From Wallemia ichthyophaga EXF-994 (taxonomy: Eukaryota > Fungi > Basidiomycota), in assembly GCF_000400465.1 (NCBI RefSeq), contig NW_008806283.1, positions 120,001-152,000 of the forward strand: a stretch of 32,000 nucleotides of DNA, written 5' to 3'. The notes under the pieces were generated by a model, which did no database searches, was not told the origin of the DNA, and was given only the letters and a program-made list of their open reading frames with translations. Below, piece after piece: positions 27,515 through 32,000 of the stretch. The first letter of the stretch is position 1, and every line of letters begins with the position of its first letter. A program made the position numbers and the translations under genes.

Positions 27515-30500
27515 TTACAATAAAAGATCAAGTTGTTGTTTCAATTCCGTTGATATTTTCAAATATTCATTACGTTGTGCCTTGGCTACGCTTAAATCCC
27601 GTGCCATTTTTTCAACTCCATCAACGGCATGCACATCCGCATACATACCGTCGAGTTCCTCATTGAATGATTCGTATAGAACGCTTATCTCACTCTTGCA
27701 TTCATTCAATTGCTTCTCTAGCTTGTGCGTGCGTTCTGCGTCTGCTTTTTGACGCTGTTGCAATTGTCGCGCTACCTGTACTTGCAATTCAAGTGATCTT
27801 TCCATTTCCGCGAATGAATTGCTGTCGATTTGGCCGGATTTAGTCTTTTTCAGTGTTCTTGCGTCATCTGATAGCTGTATTGTGTGTCAGATGGGTATGA
27901 ATGGCACTCCACCGAACTCACACTGTCTATAAGGAAATTGAGACTTTCATCGGTAGTGCCTGCACTGTGACAAATCTCTTCCCACTTGCGTTTCCTCTCG
28001 CTCAAACCGACATCAACCCTGACAATCTCGGATTTAGGAGGAGGCATTATCTTACGGTCCTTGTTCTCCTTCTCTGAGGTATCAGCAGTGTCATTGTACA
28101 CCCACTCATCCAGTGCACTCGTGTAGCCGTAGCCATCCTCCGGCACTGACTTGGTTGACTTGGATGGTTTGAGTGGCTGTGGTTTTGGCTGTGACTCCGC
28201 CTTCACTTCCACTTGCTCCACTGCAACATTCTTACTTGGAATACTCAAAGGACGTACGACAGGCAAATCCATCTTGTACGCATTCCCGACTTTCGGAGTA
28301 GATTTAAGGGTGCTCCTGCTACTTGTGCTACCAGTACTACGGGTGAGATCGCGCGGTCCGAACGGTTTCCTTGCACCGGGCGACATTACTCCCGACCTCA
28401 GACCTGAACTTGTACCAGTACTGCGTGACCACGCGGACGAGTTGGTAGTCTGCCTCGACATACTGAATGCCGGTTCGGGGGGAATGAGTGAGCTGCTGAC
28501 GCTTTCCGGATGGGGTTGGTCAGGGCTAGTGGGAGTGGGTGTGTGGTTGGTGGTGTAAGTGTGAGAGTGCGTAGGTACACTCGTCGACCGCCGTCTGCTG
28601 ACTGTGTTCAATCCTGCTCTGCCCTCACGCACTATCGCTTCATCAGCCCCACCGGCTATGTAGGAAGGCTGGCGAGCTATTGCAGCTGCAATGTCTTCGT
28701 CTGTGTCGTTATCTGCCTCCTCTTCCGCATCCTCATAACGCGGGAATTGTGACGAATCATTCTCGCCGAATTTTAAGTCAACGCTGGTGGAATTAGAGAT
28801 AGTGCTGCCATTGCCGTTGGTGGCGTCGCTCGTGCGTGCATCTGTGTCACTACCGCAAGGCAGCGACGTCGAAGCGTCCGAGCGAGTGCTGTAATTACCC
28901 GCAGTAGCTAGGCTGCTATGAGAGCGGGGCGGGAGAGGTGGATCGAGTGGGTAACCATGTTCATTTTCATTCCCACTCTCACTCTCACTCCCACTATCAC
29001 TCCCACTCTTCTCACTCCTTGCAACGCTCACACCCACCACACCCACATTGCTCGAGGGAGGGGGAAGCGAGCGAGGTCTTTCGAGATAGGAAGCACGCAC
29101 GCCATCCCTGTAGTCGAGCATTTCCACCTCTTCCTCGGCCTTAGCAACAGCCAGGCGGCGCTCGTGGTCGATCTGTGCTTCCGTCGTCCTCCGCTTGTGT
29201 AGCTCGCGCGCAACGGCTTCTGCCTCAGCCTCCCGCTCGGCGTCAGCTGCAGGTGGCGTCTGCTTGCGTTTCACCTTGCGCTCGAATACGGCCGGTGCTG
29301 GCGGCGATTTGGGCAGTGGGCTGGGTGTACGCGTGTGAGTGTGTGCAAGGGTGGAATGAGAAGGCGCCGATCCGCGATGATCTACCGACGTTGCAGGTGT
29401 AGATGTCACCTCGCTGTTTACACTCCCCATTGTTAAATTACCGCTCGACTTGCTCGCTAGTGAGCGTGTGCGGCGGTGCGAGTGTGAATTGGTAGAGTTC
29501 GTGAGGTCTGCGTCAGGTACACCCAGCCTCCCATTGGCAACACCCGCGCCGTGCTTGAAGAAGCCCCTAGATACGCTCTCGAATTTGTTCTTTGTCGGTG
29601 AAGATGGTGCCCGCTCACGCTTGCGTCCTCCCACTGTCAGATTTGGCGCTAAGCCAGCAGGTGTATAGTCGTACAGACGTGCCGCTTGGATATGCCACAC
29701 GAGACGTTCGTAAACGCCAGCCATATCCACACTCTCTTCCAACTCTTCGGGTGGACTACTGAAAGTCGTGGTAAGGTGCACGTCGTCGTGTTCGTTGTTG
29801 ACTTGCGCACGCATCACTATTAGTGGACAAGTGCCTGCCTCGCCGAGTGGAATGGCATCAGCAACCCCTCCGCTCCCGTCCATGTGTAAAACTGCTTTGC
29901 TTTTGTGTGCTGATCTGAACCACTGGTCACGGGATGTGTACACATTGTAGTAGAGTCGAGCTCGCCCACTCCCCCGCCCACTGCTTACACCACCACTCTC
30001 TAATGGCAACCAGTCGCGGGATATCTTGGCACAGGCATCTCCGCCGGTTGACAATGTACTTAAAATGGCCTGCTGTTTCCATGTACTCGAAATGAACCGC
30101 GTCATTGGACTGTCCGTTGAGAGAGGTTCTGATGGAGAGAAAGACACTTGCGTTGCGGAGAAGGCTTTGGAGGATCTGTTAAACCGCTCATCGTCACAAT
30201 CAGCGAACGCTGAGTTGTTGAAGACAATACCGAGTTCTGAATTGTGTGTTAGTGGGTTACTAACACAGGAAAAAAACCAGTCACCTTGATGTGATAAATC
30301 GGTCAAAGTTACATCTGATAGGTCAGCAACAACTTTACAAACCAGTTGATGCTTTGCTATACCAATTCCCCAGGATTTGGCGGGTGTGGATGAAGGATTG
30401 GAAGCGTCCAAGTCATCAAGACCGGAGAGTTTGCGACCTCTTGCGTGAGCAGAGGGACGCTTAGCGATGACCAACTTATCGTTGAAGAGGAAGAGAGTGC

Positions 30501-31347
30501 ATGGGAGAGGGTCGTCAATGTGACTAGTAAGAGGAGTTGGAAGGTCGTCAACGTCGATGGAGTCGATTAGAGTGCGATTGTGTGAGATGAGATTTGGGGG
30601 AAAGTCTTGGATGTTTCTTTGGAGAGTGTGCATTAGAGTGGCACGTTTAGTAGTCTCGTCAGCTTCACAGGAGGCGATCTTTGAGGCTAAATCGAGAGCT
30701 TGAAAGAGTAGGGAGCGTTGATCGTGAGATTGGTCAAGATAGTTCATCATACCTTGAAGGAGGAGGATATAGCGGGGGATTCGTTGGACAGGCTCCATTA
30801 GCAGCTCTCTTAAGCCAATATTGTTGATACCCGTAGTCTGCCATTGGGTTCTATCGATGAATTCGACAAAAGATTTCTTCTTCAATAGGTCCTTGAACAG
30901 TTCAACGGATTTCTGCCTGTTAAAGTAATATTGGTTGTAAGGAGTGAGATAGGGAAAGTGAGACATGCAAATATTCCCTATGTTAAATTCATTCGCGTGT
31001 TCTAATTCGGTGAGGAAGGAGTAATTGATGTGCAAAATCTGATCAATGTTTGCAAATAAAGATTTGGCGTCAAAGTGGTTTATGATTTGAGTGTCTTTGT
31101 GTTTAGCGAATTGTCTCAATGGATCGGCGTAATTGAGTTTGAGAGCAGTGATCCTTTTAACGTAAGATTTCTCAGTGCTGATTAATTCATTGAGTTGCTG
31201 TTGAAATGATTGTATATTCGGAGATTTGGTTGGTGGTGGTGGGAGAGACGAGGAGTTCAGGGAAGGAGAGATGAGATTCTCGCCGATGTCCCAATAACAA
31301 CCATCAAATACAACATCACAGAAGAAAGCCTTATGCTGTGATGACAT
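27515..31347 (-). CDS. RhoGEF (DH domain) with long disordered region and C-terminal coiled coil (~1,245 aa), Gef2-like architecture
   Basis: DH motifs LNELISTEKSYVKRI..LFANIDQI..LRELLMEPVQRIPRYILLL; PH-like LFLFNDKLVIAKR. In-frame 48-bp intron at 30284-30237; intron 27921-27875 (GTGAGT..TACAG) joins the 27515-27805 coiled-coil ORF. Confidence 0.9.
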
Positions 31348-31445
31348 ATTTTTAATTATTTAATTGATATTGATGGTTCAATTCAAACTACCAAATTCGG
31401 TTGGTGTTGGGCAGCAATTAATTAAAAATCTTTTGGTAAACAACG

Positions 31446-32000
31446 ATGAAGAGGAGATCGACAGTTTGTGGATATGAGTTTACGTGTGAGCCATCAACAA
31501 CGCCAACAACGAAATCATCATCATCATCCTCATCGTGCTTGTCTTCCACTTTAACGAAAACAACTTCAATCTCCTCTAGATCTTTATCAATTACGGATAA
31601 GAGCGTTATAAGGAATTATCATTTACTACTTGAGTTGGTTAATACTGAGACGCAATACTACAACGACCTACGAATACTGGTAAACGTTTACTTGGACAAC
31701 CTACCCAAAGCCCTATCCTATCCAACTAGAAATCTAATCAAAAGAAATATTTCATCTATTCTCGCTTTACATTCACGTATAACGGCTTCTATTAACAAAG
31801 TACTCGATGATGAGCACTTGCAGCTAGATACCTTCACCATTGGTCCTGGTTCTGCTATTCACAAGCGCACAATTGACAGATGTACTGATAAAGTTGCAAA
31901 CAGCTTCATCGATCAAGCACCTTACTTCGACATATACAACGAATTCTGCGCTAATCACCCACGTGCCTTATCGAAATTATCCTCCTCCTCTAACCTCCCC
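31446..32000 (+). CDS. Second RhoGEF (DH domain), 5' partial, runs off the window end
   Basis: Frame is open from ATG 31446 to the window end, so it is missing from the track. It reads HLLLELVNTETQYYNDLRILVNVYL..IKRNISSILALHSRI..FIDQAPYFDIYNEFCANHPRAL, a DH-domain CR1 and following helices. Confidence 0.85.
   Translation, partial: MKRRSTVCGYEFTCEPSTTPTTKSSSSSSSCLSSTLTKTTSISSRSLSITDKSVIRNYHLLLELVNTETQYYNDLRILVNVYLDNLPKALSYPTRNLIKRNISSILALHSRITASINKVLDDEHLQLDTFTIGPGSAIHKRTIDRCTDKVANSFIDQAPYFDIYNEFCANHPRALSKLSSSSNLP

Noticed and set aside
27464-27530. RhoGEF-RGS fusion protein by splicing, read-through or frameshift
   Set aside because: The only donor/acceptor pair gives a ~28-bp out-of-phase intron. 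A second in-frame stop follows the first, and there is no slippery heptamer.
1-32000. Transposons, tRNA, rRNA or horizontally acquired island
   Set aside because: No transposase/RT motifs, terminal repeats or RNA-gene signatures were seen by eye. The visible GC shift (higher at ~17-24 kb, lower at ~25-27.8 kb) follows ordinary intron-containing fungal genes. Small ncRNAs cannot be excluded without a covariance search.

Overview
Eukaryotic (fungal) genomic DNA from a very compact basidiomycete genome. Wallemia is the likely source (inference): introns are 43-63 bp, intergenic gaps are often under 100 bp, and an acidic class I hydrophobin and an MP88-like mannoprotein are present. Manual splicing gives about 20 genes. 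Left to right: a myristoylation-motif hypothetical; an MP88-like GPI mannoprotein; a putative 69-aa spliced ORF; a hydrophobin; one giant (~3,060-3,090 aa) PH-domain, repeat-rich, coiled-coil gene that joins six separate ORFs of the track (4126-13685, minus); PLC1; MIC10 (absent from the track); PEX39-like; a TPR-like protein; a PB1 protein; a 79-aa ORF; COX14 (absent from the track); PGS1; ALE1; an F-box-like protein; a PEP12-type syntaxin; then RhoGAP, RGS, RhoGEF and a second, partial RhoGEF (absent from the track). The most striking structure is the extreme gene packing: head-to-head start codons 19 and 49 nt apart, and same-strand stop-to-start gaps of 35-50 nt. This suggests overlapping or polycistronic transcription. 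Functionally related genes also sit next to each other (phospholipid/mitochondrial inner membrane; Rho/G-protein regulators). No mobile elements, rRNA, tRNA or CRISPR were recognised. Family calls come from motif recognition only; no database search was run.
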